A stretch of 64,000 nt of DNA from Microthyrium microscopicum (Eukaryota). Positions 1 through 11,642 of this stretch are shown here, in pieces (the first letter of the stretch is position 1; the number at the start of each line of letters is the position of its first letter). The DNA lies in contig MU004232.1 of assembly GCA_010405405.1 (NCBI GenBank), positions 1,011,481-1,075,480 on the forward strand. Reading direction: 5' to 3'. Made by a program: the position numbers and the translations under genes. The notes beneath the pieces were generated by a model. It was not told the origin of the DNA, searched no databases, and saw nothing but the letters and a program-made list of their open reading frames with translations.

Positions 1-396
1 TTGTTGTGTAGGATACCCTGACGCGGTTGCATTGGGAACGTGGATGAGATGGGGTGGCTCATCGTATAGACATCATTTGTGTCTCATGCCTTATGATTCA
101 GCTGAGTGCTGACAAGCACTTGTATAGAGAATTTTATATGTAGAAATAAGTATTCACATTATAATCATCTTGATGGCCACCATGTCGACAATACGAGGTA
201 ATGCAGAGCTGCAATTAGGTAGGCATGGCCGCATTAAGACAAATCAAAGCACCATTGTAACAATAAGGGTCGTGAGTTCTTTGTCAAATTGGACCACTCG
301 TCTTGATTAAATCATCTACCAAATGATTCTCTAGGAATTTACAGATTATTCCTCGACATATTCACAAATTCTGGCAGATTAACGAGAGACTTCAAC

Positions 397-2870
397 ATGG
401 CACTGGATCCGAATCAGGCATCAATCTTGGACTTCCCTCTAGAAATCCAGGATTTGATATGGGAGTACGTTGTACTAAGCCATGACTTTAAGCACAGTCA
501 CAGTCGACGGCCCGAAGAAGTATTCTTCGATGTGAGTTTCCCTAATACAATAATTTTCAGATCGTCATGGTTCTATATTAACAAAGCTTACAGAAGCCTC
601 CAAACACCAGAATGTTGCTGCGCATTGCGCTCTCAAGTCGTATGTTTCCTGAACCTGTAATCTCGAAGACTACATAGACTAACACCTCACCTCTAGACGC
701 AGCCCATGATGCTATAAGCAGAGCAATGCGTCGCTTGGATATATTTGATGTCCCCGACCCAAATGAGCTCAGATTCAATATCAGTCACAAATACGCCGTT
801 GAATACTGCTATGAAGGCGTTCTTCGAAACCATAAGAACCCAGCAAAGCTCGCTGGTCCAGGATTCTATAATGAGATCAATGAGGCTTTGGACTGGGTTC
901 TCGCCAACAGTCGACTTGTCAACCCAGATTTGAGAGATGAATACGTCAAGCGGCTGTGTATCTTGACTTGTGACAGACATTGTCAATTGACCAGTCCTGA
1001 CGGGGAATGTTATAACGATGACCCGATCAGGTTTCTTAATAAAGCGTTGTGGAAACCGGACCCGGACAACACCTTTTACCACTGGCCGGAGCGTCTGTAC
1101 TGCGATACCAACCTTCGAGCTGCTATCGCAGCAGCTCTGGGCTGCGAAGGTATGTTAACCTGGGAGCATTTGGATGATAAAGGCTGACTAGTTCTAGATC
1201 TGTTCGAATCGAAACTGGAGTCACATATCTTGCACAAGAATTTCTACCTGGGCAGTCCAATATATCTAGCTGCTCGCGCTGGCAACGTCAAGATTGTAGA
1301 GACTATTTTCAACTACGCTGCCCAACAACAGGGCCTTATTACTCGGCTACGCGACTGGGTTGAGAATAAGCAAGTTCCAGGCGCAATCAGCGATCAAGAA
1401 ACATGGACCGAAATTCTCTTGGGAGTCGTGCATAGAGAGAGTGGTGGCGAAGAAGTCTTTGACTATCTGCTTGAAAAGTGGGACGAGGTGAAGAGACTTG
1501 ACCATCCTGATCCTCCAACGCGCGGACGCGGACGAATCGACTGGTGGGACGACGCACCAGAGGGTGCGGAAGACGAAGACACTTCGGATGACCAGCACAG
1601 CTACTACACGGGCTCGACGCCACGATGGGAGCGTACGGCAAAGATGGAGGAAAGGAAATGGGTGGATGCGTTGAAATGGGCGCTCAAGACTGCTGCAAAG
1701 AAAGGCCGTTCTGATTTCATTTCGAAATTGATTCCGTTGATTTATGAGTTGACTCTGATCAAGGAGAAGAAACGGGTCCTACACGTCTTTCGCCCATGGA
1801 TGACGGGTGCGGCTCTAGGAGATCATCCTGAGCTCATCGATGAAGCCTATGTAAGTCCATGGCAGACGAATCATCCTCGAAGACTTGTGAACACACTTCT
1901 TCACCTTAGGTTTAACGATGCCCAAGTACGATACTGACGAGTCTATAGGAGTGGGCCAGGACTCACGCAGTCGACCCTGCCAATCCCTTCCCAATCGCCC
2001 TGGTATACAGTGGAGAGGGCGGATTTTTCACAGACAAGTTATGGGAGACGACTCTTCAAGGGCTCATGATTGGTAAGTACCTCGAGGTTTTCTGGACTCC
2101 CCTTTCGACGTCTCGAAGCAGTCTGGTGAGGTTGTCGAGGAACAAGACTAACATGTATTAGACTTGATCCCTTTCGCCAAAATCAGTAATATCGAAAAGA
2201 TCAGAAGGCTCTTTCCCAAACATCTCCCTCCTGGATCCCCTAATCGAGTTGCTAAATTCTGGGGACACGAGCATGTAAGCATCTCCCCTTATTCACTTTG
2301 GATTACGTGCTTGAACAGTCTGATGTCTGCTGAAAATGTTACAACGGCGAAGTGCCAAGTATTGGTATTGAAGCAAAGCATCGTCTGCTCAAGTACTGAG
2401 TTGGCTTACACACTACTCTCTATGATCATCGCTCACTAACAATTTAGACGCTTTTTCTGGCTGCTCGCTCAGGTCGCCTGGCGACAATTCCGACGTGTTT
2501 CAAGCTCGTTACAGCGCCATGGCAGGTCACGAGGGCAGTCGATGCGGCGTTAGAATATACAGAGGCTGGTTTCCTGTGGGAGTTTCTTCAGCAGTGTCTC
2601 AAGAGGGGAATTGGGCCTGGGGAGATTGCCGCCGCAAAACTCTTCGGCGCGGAATATGCTCCTGGACAGCATCTTCAAAAAGCGTCAGATCCCAAACTTC
2701 TAAAATACGTCAACGATAGACAAAAGCTCACGAAGGATCCAGAGACCTTGCGGATTTTCAGGAATTGGATCTCTGCGTATTCTTCGCTGCCAAAGAATAT
2801 GCTGTTTAGTGCAAAGTATAGTCTTATGTCGGATCTCCGTAGAGAGTGTGGCGATAAACTGGACGAGTAA
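397..2870 (+). CDS. F-box-like / ankyrin-repeat protein, 7 predicted exons (~648 aa)
   Basis: N-terminal F-box-like SILDFPLEIQDLIWEYV. Ankyrin-like motifs GSPIYLAARAGNVKIVETI, ALKTAAKKGRSDFISKL and TLFLAARSGRL. Exons 397-531, 594-639, 697-1149, 1198-1850, 1949-2072, 2162-2274 and 2448-2870 join through GT..AG introns into one open frame of 1947 nt. Confidence 0.7.
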
Positions 2871-3034
2871 AGGCACTGGTAGTTAGACGCAGACATTATA
2901 GATTGCAAGACTTTGAATTAGATTGTTCTTTTGTAGTCGCTGTTCATAGAGCACTGTCCTGGTTGCCCAATCGTGAAGAACGTTGTGAAGTACTGGAGTT
3001 CAAGATATGTGTAATCTTACTACATACAGTCCTA

Positions 3035-3610
3035 TTAGCAATTATAAGATATTCTAAGCCCACTGCTCAAATCTTCATCATCACTGACATAACCATACGC
3101 ATCTGGATCCGCAAGGCTGAAACGAAAAGTCTGAATCGGCGAACACTGAAAACTAGCAATAAACTTGACAACTGGAGCTTTCAGCTCATTGCCAGTAGGA
3201 AACTCCCACATCCCAAGCCATTCTGCAGTCCGCTCTTCGGTATTGGTCCATGTAATCGGATATGGGAAGTTACCACCATCCGAGACGCGATCCACGTTGA
3301 TAAGGCCTACATTTCCATCTTGCTGGGAAATGACGCTGTTGTGGTTTGGTTGATAGTCGAACTCTAATTGACAGCCACGTGCGTCGCCTGGGATATTTCG
3401 GAAGGAGATTACCAGGTCTTTTCTACCAATGTCATTGGCGACGTAGAATGGTGTTGTAGTCATTCCACTTGAGGACTCGGGGACGTGGGATGCGATTCGA
3501 TACAATTGAGGCTGGTAGATATAGGAGCAGGAGCGCTTCCCAAGAGTTGATGGTAGCGCGGAAGTGGCTGTGGTAAGGAGAGCCATCAGCAGAGGCATAA
3601 TTGGCAGCAT
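3035..3610 (-). CDS. Small secreted protein (191 aa), possibly But2 C-terminal-domain-like
   Basis: Single ORF with a hydrophobic signal peptide (MLPIMPLLMALLTTATSA), a Kex2-type KR site and 4 Cys. The motif ISFRNIPGDARGCQLEF resembles fungal But2-like secreted proteins; the family call is tentative. Confidence 0.7.
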   Translation of the reverse strand: MLPIMPLLMALLTTATSALPSTLGKRSCSYIYQPQLYRIASHVPESSSGMTTTPFYVANDIGRKDLVISFRNIPGDARGCQLEFDYQPNHNSVISQQDGNVGLINVDRVSDGGNFPYPITWTNTEERTAEWLGMWEFPTGNELKAPVVKFIASFQCSPIQTFRFSLADPDAYGYVSDDEDLSSGLRISYNC

Positions 3611-5585
3611 ATTTGATTAATAATGAATGTGGTAACTTAGCTGCCTTACGTTGGCAGTGTGGTAATGAGTTGAATGGAAGTCTTCAAATTCGGGATCAAG
3701 TACTGATAATGAAAAGGTTTCTACAAGTTGACTGGACCAACAAACCTATATACCTTGATGGATTGGCAACTGTCGTACAAACGCGAAAGCATGAGCGTAG
3801 CTTCTGGCCAGGCAGTTTGAGGAAATCTGGTTCGTATTCATGGTCTTAGACTTGCCAATCTCCACTATTTGAGGATTTCATACTGCCATTTGCAGTGCGT
3901 GGGAATAGTCGGTGACTCGGTGCGACTCTACGTTTTGTGCTTCGTATTTTGGTTGAGTACGACTTTGTACCGTGCGATGACTCTTGCTTGGTGTCTTCTG
4001 TGGAACTACAGCAAGAACTATCAAGCCTTGATCGAATTGGTAAAAACCAATGTGAGTAAGCCTACTGAATGGGATACTACAGCCATTGAGTTTGCACGTA
4101 GTACCATCTCAAAATGTTGCACAGGTCGTCGAATGATGTTACTACTCGATGGTGCCATGCTCACGATCTTGTTACACCACTTTCTGGGGGAAGTGTTACG
4201 AGATCTCCAAAAGGTTATGTGGTTCCAAGGTTGAACTCCGCTCCATGGATCATACTAAAGGTACAAGAACAAAGAGATACGTCCCGTAGTAAATGAGATG
4301 GGTGTGTTGGAGGGTTGAGATGAAGTTGGAAAAATGGCGATCGTGCCTTCGAAGGTGTGTACCATGAATGCTAAAAATAGCACACAAAGGTCAGCCCAAG
4401 AATAACGGAATTGCGAATCACACTCACTCTTAAGATGCTCCAAAACCATGAGGCGCTGGCCAGTTTCTTGATAATTTTAGCTTTTGATGCCCCAAAAGAG
4501 TGCTGTGAAGTTGATGTCAAAGACATTCTTCTACAAAAACTCCTATCAGATGGGCTCGTCTTTCATGGAGCTTTGATCGTCCTTTAACCCATAACTAAAT
4601 CATCATCGATATATGTGGCACTGAAGGAACAGTAGAAGCTAATCTCTGCATCTGAACCCAAGTTTTGTGAGCGTGGACGACATCAGAGCCGTACGTGGAA
4701 GCGCTTCCCAATAACATCGAGATCTTACAATTCTGGCCTCTTAAAAGAGGCACTGGGATTGAAGAGTCGATCGGCGTTTCCGGTCTGTCAGTCCAGGATC
4801 ATTTGAGACTGGAGACGGTAACTTATCTGGCAAGATGTGAACCAAGCAGTGCAAAGCAGCTGGACCCAAGTCTGTTCAATGCAAGCACGTTCATGCATCA
4901 ATCATTTCATAACCAATAGATCTAGATCTTGTGTTCCACGCTGTCTGATTGGGTGTTTACTTGTACACTGCGATTGGATCTTGTTGAAAGTCGGAATCTT
5001 GTACTAGTTACTAAGGTATGTAAGGAATACCTTTGGTCGCTTCGCTGTAGATATGTGCGGTTGGAACTCGAACTGGAGAAGATCTGTAGAATCCAGAAGC
5101 TGAGTGCTTTGATTCGGAATATATCACCTACGGATTACTCAAAAAGTCTCTTATTCTCTGATGGTGAAGTTTAAGTTTTCGGTTCAAGGTTGTGGGTGAC
5201 ACAAATTTCAAGACCAAGCAAGCGAGACAAGGTTTTCAAATAGCCAAATATATCGTTTCGAAAATGAACCATAAAGACCATAGAGAAGTGAACTTGATGA
5301 TTTTTGAATTTATTGTCCGCTCGCAAATTCGACGAATTGAAGCATGGCAAGTATAAAAAACCGAGATTTTGGACCCCAATCGGACCCCAAATACTCTTCT
5401 TCTACCGTACTGGGCTGTAATTCGAAGGCGCCCACCACCAACGCCACAAATCACAAATTGCCAACGCGAGCGCTGTCGTTGGCTATTTCCAAGATGCAGA
5501 GAACAGGCGGGCTGGCTTTGTATTTAAGTTCAAGATCATCTCTTGGCTCTGAACTCAACCATCAGAACTTTCAACACGATACAAA

Positions 5586-7711
5586 ATGGGTCTTACCGAT
5601 GTGCTTCCGTGGCTAGGAACGCCTTTCTATGTTGGAGCATGGACCAATTGGGACCATGGAGCAGTTATGGGAAGGACCATCACAATGCCTAACGACGCTG
5701 CTAGATTTCTTCAGAGCTTTATGACTGCGTTTGTGGTGTTAGTAGGATTGAAGTCTTGGGGTGAGTTATGAGTAGACTTATGATCAGAGAGTTTCTAACG
5801 ACTAATAGGAATGGTTCGATATCTGTTTCATCAAGGTTCTTCAACCCAGGAGCAAATGGATGGGCTTCATCACCAGAGACAGGCTATATTCAGAGCATCG
5901 GCATCTCCCAAAAGTACTCTGTTGCATGTACTGAAACTCTCTTGGAAATGGCGACACAACGCGGATGGATCGATTCGGCGACAACTTTTCTTTACATTCT
6001 TTAGTATCATCTACATCTTGATATGGATAGGACTGACGCATGCAACGGCTGCGCTGTTTGATACCAAGAATATGGTGGACGTTCTTATACGACCCGGTGT
6101 CTGCGGCTTTACAAACCCATCGTACTACCCAAATTCAACTAACAACGCAAATTACACCACATGGCTAGCCAATGAGCGAAGTATCTATCAATCAGCCGAA
6201 AGCATGGTTGTAAGCTGTTATTCACACAAGCTTGGAATAGACGCAAGTGCTTCAGACAGCTGTGGCGTATATGGACTGCCAACCTTACCAACAACAATCA
6301 CTCAAGGAGATGTCGTATGTCCTTTTTCCAACGCAACAATGTGTCGCGACGGCAACACTGGCGTGTTCCACATGGAAACTGGCCTTCTCAACTCCCACTA
6401 CGACCTATACATCAACGCACCCACAGCCAATCGAGTAGACTACCGCAAATTCTCAACCTGCTCGCGCGTATCCCAAGACGGCTTCGTAATAAACCATCCC
6501 GGAGACGGCTCTTCCGACGCCTTTGATTCCAATGCTAATACAAACTACACTGACTTTTTCTACACTGCCAGCTCAAGCGATCCAACTTTCTCCGCTATCG
6601 ACCACGCAAACGTGCTCGATCTTGACCTTCAGCCATACTATTTCCTTTACAACGAGTCCTCATACTACCCCAACAGTCCCAACGGCACAAACGTCTGGCA
6701 GCCTATCCCAGGCCTAGTAAACAGTGAAGCAGACATGCACGTCTTCGCTATCCAGAATAACGCCTACTACTCCGGTCCATCTACGGATCTCCTCTTCGGC
6801 ACCAACGATACCCTCTGTTCCCCCGCCGATGGTATCTTTTGCAGTCCAGAGTTCAACGTCCTCTCATGCACAGAGCAACACCAATTCTGTCTACCAGGCG
6901 GTCTAAACTGCACACCGATCCGCGGTCTCTGGGATCTCTTTGACGCACAGTCCTTCGATCAATTCAACGACGCACAGCAGAACACTATCATTCTCATCGT
7001 CCTTGCAGCTCTCCAAGCACCCTTTGGCGACATGCTGAACATATACGGCGCAGATGCCCTACTAGCGCGCAGTGCACTCGCGACGGCCAGCCTGGCATCT
7101 AGTAGAGCGCTACCAGGAGATCAGACGCAACGGGAGATGCATAATCTATTCTTGGTAACATTGGCGAGACTGCAGCGCAATATCGTGAATCGACCAGTCG
7201 TTGATGACCAGTTCAAAGACCTGCTGGTCGAGCAGCATCTAGGCCAAGATGTAGTCGATGCTCTAAGTGGCTTCTGCTCCACGCAAAAGATCGCCGTAAC
7301 AGGCTTCACAGCTACCAATCTACTAGCCCTCGTCCTCACCTTGCTGGGCGGCGTGCTGATTGTTGCGGGGTCGAGTTTGTTACCGAAGGTTATTGGGCTT
7401 GCGGAGAGGAAGAGTGACAAGTGGGAGGCGAAGAATGAGGAGTGGGAGGCGGGAGAGTTGTTGAATTTGCAACGTAAGTTTTTGGAGAGATGGGTAGATG
7501 TCTAAGCTAACTGGCTGTAGGTGTTGCGTATGAGACGAAGGGAGAGGGCAACTGGACTGATCTTAAGGGCATTCCGGTTACTGCTAAAGGTGACAAATTC
7601 CAGTTTTTGGAACGGCCTGGGAAGAGAAAGTCGACTATGGAGATGCATGTTGGGGAGACAAGCAAGGACGGCACGAAAACAGAGTATAGGGAAGTCAGGG
7701 ATGGTGCTTGA
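5586..7711 (+). CDS. Uncharacterised fungal membrane glycoprotein with a large Cys-rich extracellular loop
   Basis: Exons ~5586-5760, ~5809-7473 and 7521-7711 (GTGAGT..TAG and GTAAGT..TAG introns). Hydrophobic segments lie near the N-terminus and one near the C-terminus (LLALVLTLLGGVLIVAGSSLL). The loop between has many N-x-S/T sites and Cys. Confidence 0.8.
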
Positions 7712-7879
7712 AAGCTGCCGATAGAGGCAGAAAGGGGTTATTAGACGGTATGGAAGCCTACGATACTTTAGCAAAATGGATGAAATTGAACGTGGTTGAA
7801 AAGGACGTTCATTGTAGGCATAGAATCGTTGGATTGACCAGTTTAATCCTAAGAGGATAATGTATTATTCTTAGTACGC

Positions 7880-8638
7880 TCATGAATCCACATCCATACC
7901 CTCACCCTCTGTTTGACCACGACTGTCAAAGCTAGCATCAAGCCACTCTGCAATATCTTGTCCTTCGTACAAGACGAAGTCTTCACCCACACCAGCAATT
8001 CCGACACTCGTGTTGTCGACAGTCAACTCCTTGTCCTGGCTCATGCTCTCTTTGAGAGCTCGTAACGCATGCTTGATCAACTCTTCTCTGCTAGCATCTG
8101 CGAACACTTCGAGGTTTCGTTCTAGGTACGTGCGTGCCATTTGTGATCGAGCTCCAATGCCGCAGGCCACCATCTCCTGTGTAACGCCAGATGGCTGGAA
8201 TTCGTACAGATGGGGGCCGCGAGAGTCCACACCGGCGATCAAGAGTCCGACACCATAGGGGCGTTTGCTGTAGATTTGCGTATTCACTTGAGCCTTGTCG
8301 CCAATGCGGGAAACGATTTCGCTGAGTGGAATGGCACGGGCATATGTGAGGCGGCTGGCTAGTGCTTGTTGCTTCATGAAGTTGGAAAGAACGCGGGCAT
8401 CGGATGCAAGGCCGGCTAGGGCGATGCCAAAGTGACTGTCGATTGGGATGACTTTCTTTTGGTAGGAGGAGAGTTCTTCGGCGTTTCTCTTGAGTGCGGC
8501 TAGGACGGCGTGGGTTTTTGAGACAACTCCGACTACTACTGAACCTTGTTTGACGGCTTCTTGGGCGTATTCGACTTGGAATATGCGGCCTTGGGGGGAG
8601 AAGGTGATGGCATCGTTATCGTAATTGTTTCTGAACAT
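7880..8638 (-). CDS. PRE5: 20S proteasome subunit alpha 6
   Basis: MFRNNYDNDAITFSPQGRIFQVEYA is the alpha-6 signature. Intronless 252-aa ORF. Confidence 0.97.
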   Translation of the reverse strand: MFRNNYDNDAITFSPQGRIFQVEYAQEAVKQGSVVVGVVSKTHAVLAALKRNAEELSSYQKKVIPIDSHFGIALAGLASDARVLSNFMKQQALASRLTYARAIPLSEIVSRIGDKAQVNTQIYSKRPYGVGLLIAGVDSRGPHLYEFQPSGVTQEMVACGIGARSQMARTYLERNLEVFADASREELIKHALRALKESMSQDKELTVDNTSVGIAGVGEDFVLYEGQDIAEWLDASFDSRGQTEGEGMDVDS

Positions 8639-9073
8639 GGTGGGCTGGTGTTCTCAATGTTTGAGCTAAGTGCTTGAATAGTTGTCTGAGAAGTTAGACG
8701 ATTGAGGATTGTGACAGCAGTTTATATTTTAAGCAATCTGCACCGCTCGGGAAAAGGAAAGTACTTGAAGGGAAAGGAAGATGTAGAGTTTTGATTATGG
8801 CGGTATGAATTGACTTTGTGGTTGAGTTGTAAGCCCAAGGCAGGCAGCTAGAGAGTCGCAAGCTTGATGAAGCTTGGGCCCGTCATAGCCCCCCTCAACA
8901 CCATTCATAGCCCAAAGACCTGATGATGCTACAGCAGCCGCGACAAGCTCTCGACAAGCCCCCAACCACCAACTGTTCCATCATACACCAACCCACCATC
9001 CTCCCTTATACAACATATCTCTATCCAGACCGGCACACAGATACTCTGAGCGCAGCATAAACCGCCCTTGAAC

Positions 9074-9584
9074 ATGGCTCTCGCCGGCCTCAAAACCATC
9101 ATCGCACTCTCCTTTGTACGTCGCAACAACTCGCAGCCTAGATCCGCCCCAAAGCTAACCAACGTTCAACACAGGTCCTCGCCATTGGCTTCCTCCTTGT
9201 CATCTTATCCGCCGCTCTATGGAAGAATTATCTCACATTACTGGTTGTCCTCACTTACGTGGTTGCGCCGTTACCCAACTGGCTGTGCGGCCGGGCCGCA
9301 AACTATGATGACTTTGTGGATGGTGGAGGAGCTGGTGTCGTAGACCTGGGACGATTTTTGACCGGATTCTTCGTTGTTACGGGAATAGGTATGTCCAAGA
9401 TTCAAGGCTGATGCAAATATAAGGGAGCATGCGACTAACACAAGCTCTAGCAATGCCAGCACTATTTGCACACTGCGGATTGATCAACTCGGCGGCTATG
9501 GTAATGAGCATCATTGGCGGGTTGTTAATATATGGCACCATCATTAGCTTTACCATGTTCTTTCAAGAAGAGGAAGAGTTCTGA
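9074..9584 (+). CDS. VPS55: Vacuolar protein sorting 55 (OB-RGRP/endospanin family), 129 aa
   Basis: Exons 9074-9115, 9175-9388 and 9451-9584 give MALAGLKTIIALSFVLAIGFLLVILSAAL...DLGRFLTGFFVVTGIAMPALFAHC...FFQEEEEF. Confidence 0.93.
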
Positions 9585-9982
9585 TCAGATATGTATGATG
9601 AGTTGAGAAGGAATGGAGACGAGGTCGATTGGACTGTAATTATCTACACATGGCTGGGATAGTGTTTACAACAAGGGCCATTCTCAGTGGCGAAGGCGCT
9701 TCTGTTCGATATTTTGACGGATCTTCTGGAAACACCATAGGTCGGCGTTTGTGCCTTGTTCTTACTAGGCTAACTCGAATGATATTGCATACTCTCTACA
9801 GCCTGTGCGCGTCATGTGATGGTATTCAATATTAATGATATTCCGCGGTATGAGTTTGACCTGTGATATCTACGACCTGATCCATATGCTACATCTCTCA
9901 AAGACTAGACGCCAAAGCCAAATAGGACTCCAATCCCGACTTATCCACCACACACCCACCCGACCCGTTCCTAGATACCTCT

Positions 9983-10681
9983 CTACAAAGCCAAATTGTA
10001 GGTATACTCATCCTCCATATTCTGCGCCACCCAAAGCAACGTCGAGCTATTTCAAATTAGCCTCACTACCCCATCCACAAAACATCCTCCCCGCCAGGAG
10101 GTATCACTTACCTAGCCATAACACCCGCACTGCCAAACACACCCGCCACACCAAACCACAACGTCGGCCAGCCCACATCCCTCATAACATACTTGAGCAC
10201 CAACACCGTAATACTGCCCGCCAATCCGCCCGCCAACAGCGCAAAGCCTAAAAAGAGTATGAGGCGAGCTTTCCACGCAACCCCATTCCCACTATAGCTG
10301 AAGCTGTCGCCGCCCAAGCGCGTCTTGTCGATAGAATTGATGACGAGCATGCCGAGAACGGCGCAGATTAGCGGGATCCAGTCGACGAAGGTTACGTGGA
10401 AGTCGGAGGCGTTGAGGTTGGAGCGGGAGAAGGAGGCGGCGTCGATGACGAAGAAGAGGGAGAGGGCGAACTTGTTTATATGTTAGTGACGAGTGGGATT
10501 GGTAGGGTGCGGGGAGAAGAGGATGGGTAGGGTGTGAGGAGCGCATGTATGTGTGTATCGTTTTGGTTGTAATGGGGATACTACGTACTATGCCGCCTGA
10601 TGCGTAGACGCTGGCCATGCGTGTGCTTGCGCTGTTGAGCCACTGGGGCTTACGGAAGCGGAAGAGTCGATCGCTGTCCAT
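9983..10681 (-). CDS. VPS68: Vacuolar protein sorting 68 (UPF0220/TMEM50 family), 171 aa
   Basis: Exons 10681-10589, 10470-10112 and 10046-9983 give MDSDRLFRFRKPQWLNS...VTFVDWIPLICAVLGMLVINSIDK...VAWKARLILFLGFALLAGG...QNMEDEYTYNLAL. Confidence 0.92.
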
Positions 10682-10957
10682 GGTGAGGAGTTTCATAAAG
10701 TGCTCTGGTCGTCTGTGTGGGAATTGCTATGAAATATGTAAAGAGCTTGGAGAGAATCTGTGGTCATACGCCGTTGAGCAAGGCAGTGAGGTTGGAGGAG
10801 CTCAAACCACTCGCGGTTGAAGCTGGGGCTTGAGAAGCAACAGCAAACAGCCGCGCGCTAGGACAGGCCTAAAGGTGGTGGGGATATTTTTCTCGACTTT
10901 CTAAAAAATTATTTCGAACTTCTTACAACCACAACTTCACACAGACACATTTCGACA

Positions 10958-11599
10958 ATGGCAACTTCGAAATCAACGTCCAAGGCGTCAGCATCTAAGA
11001 CAGCAGCGGGTTTGGGAAAGCCGAAATCAGACAAAAAGACTCGTGCGCCAAAGGCAAAGTCTGAAGTCAAAACGCATCGAATCTCGGCAAAGGACAAACT
11101 GAAAAAGAAGAAGCGCATATACACTGCTGAAGAATTGGGAGTTCCAAAGTTGAACGGGATTGTTCCAACGGGTGTGCAGAAGCTCAAGGGAAAGAAGAAG
11201 GGAAAGGTATTCGTAGATGATGCGGAGAGTATGCTTGCCATTCTTGGGATGGTTCAGGCTGAAAAGGAGGGTGAAGTTGAGGGCAAGATTATGAAAGCTG
11301 TAAGTATGGGGGAAGTTGACTGTTGATGTGTTGCTAATTGTTTCTGCAGCGACAATTGGAGGAGATCCGTGAGGCGAAACGAGTGGAGGCTGAGAAGAGA
11401 GTCCAATCCAAGAAAGCAGTACTGGTAAGTTCGATGCACTTTGCTGGGGGCTCCTGGCTAATATTCTTGTCTTTAGGAAGAGGCAAAAGGCGTATTACGT
11501 CAAAAGAAACGAACCAAACGCGATAAGAGAGACGAAAAACCTACCGACGACGGCAAGAAGGAATCATCACACAAGAAGAAGCGAGTATCATTCGGTTAA
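10958..11599 (+). CDS. LOC1: 60S ribosomal subunit assembly/export protein Loc1 (179 aa)
   Basis: Lys-rich protein with [38 protein letters not shown] and [11 protein letters not shown], and a C-terminal KKKRVSFG. Introns at 11300-11349 and 11425-11476. Confidence 0.9.
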
Positions 11600-11642
11600 G
11601 CATATGGCATCTATGGTCTATTGCGAATCGTCTATCTGGTAT

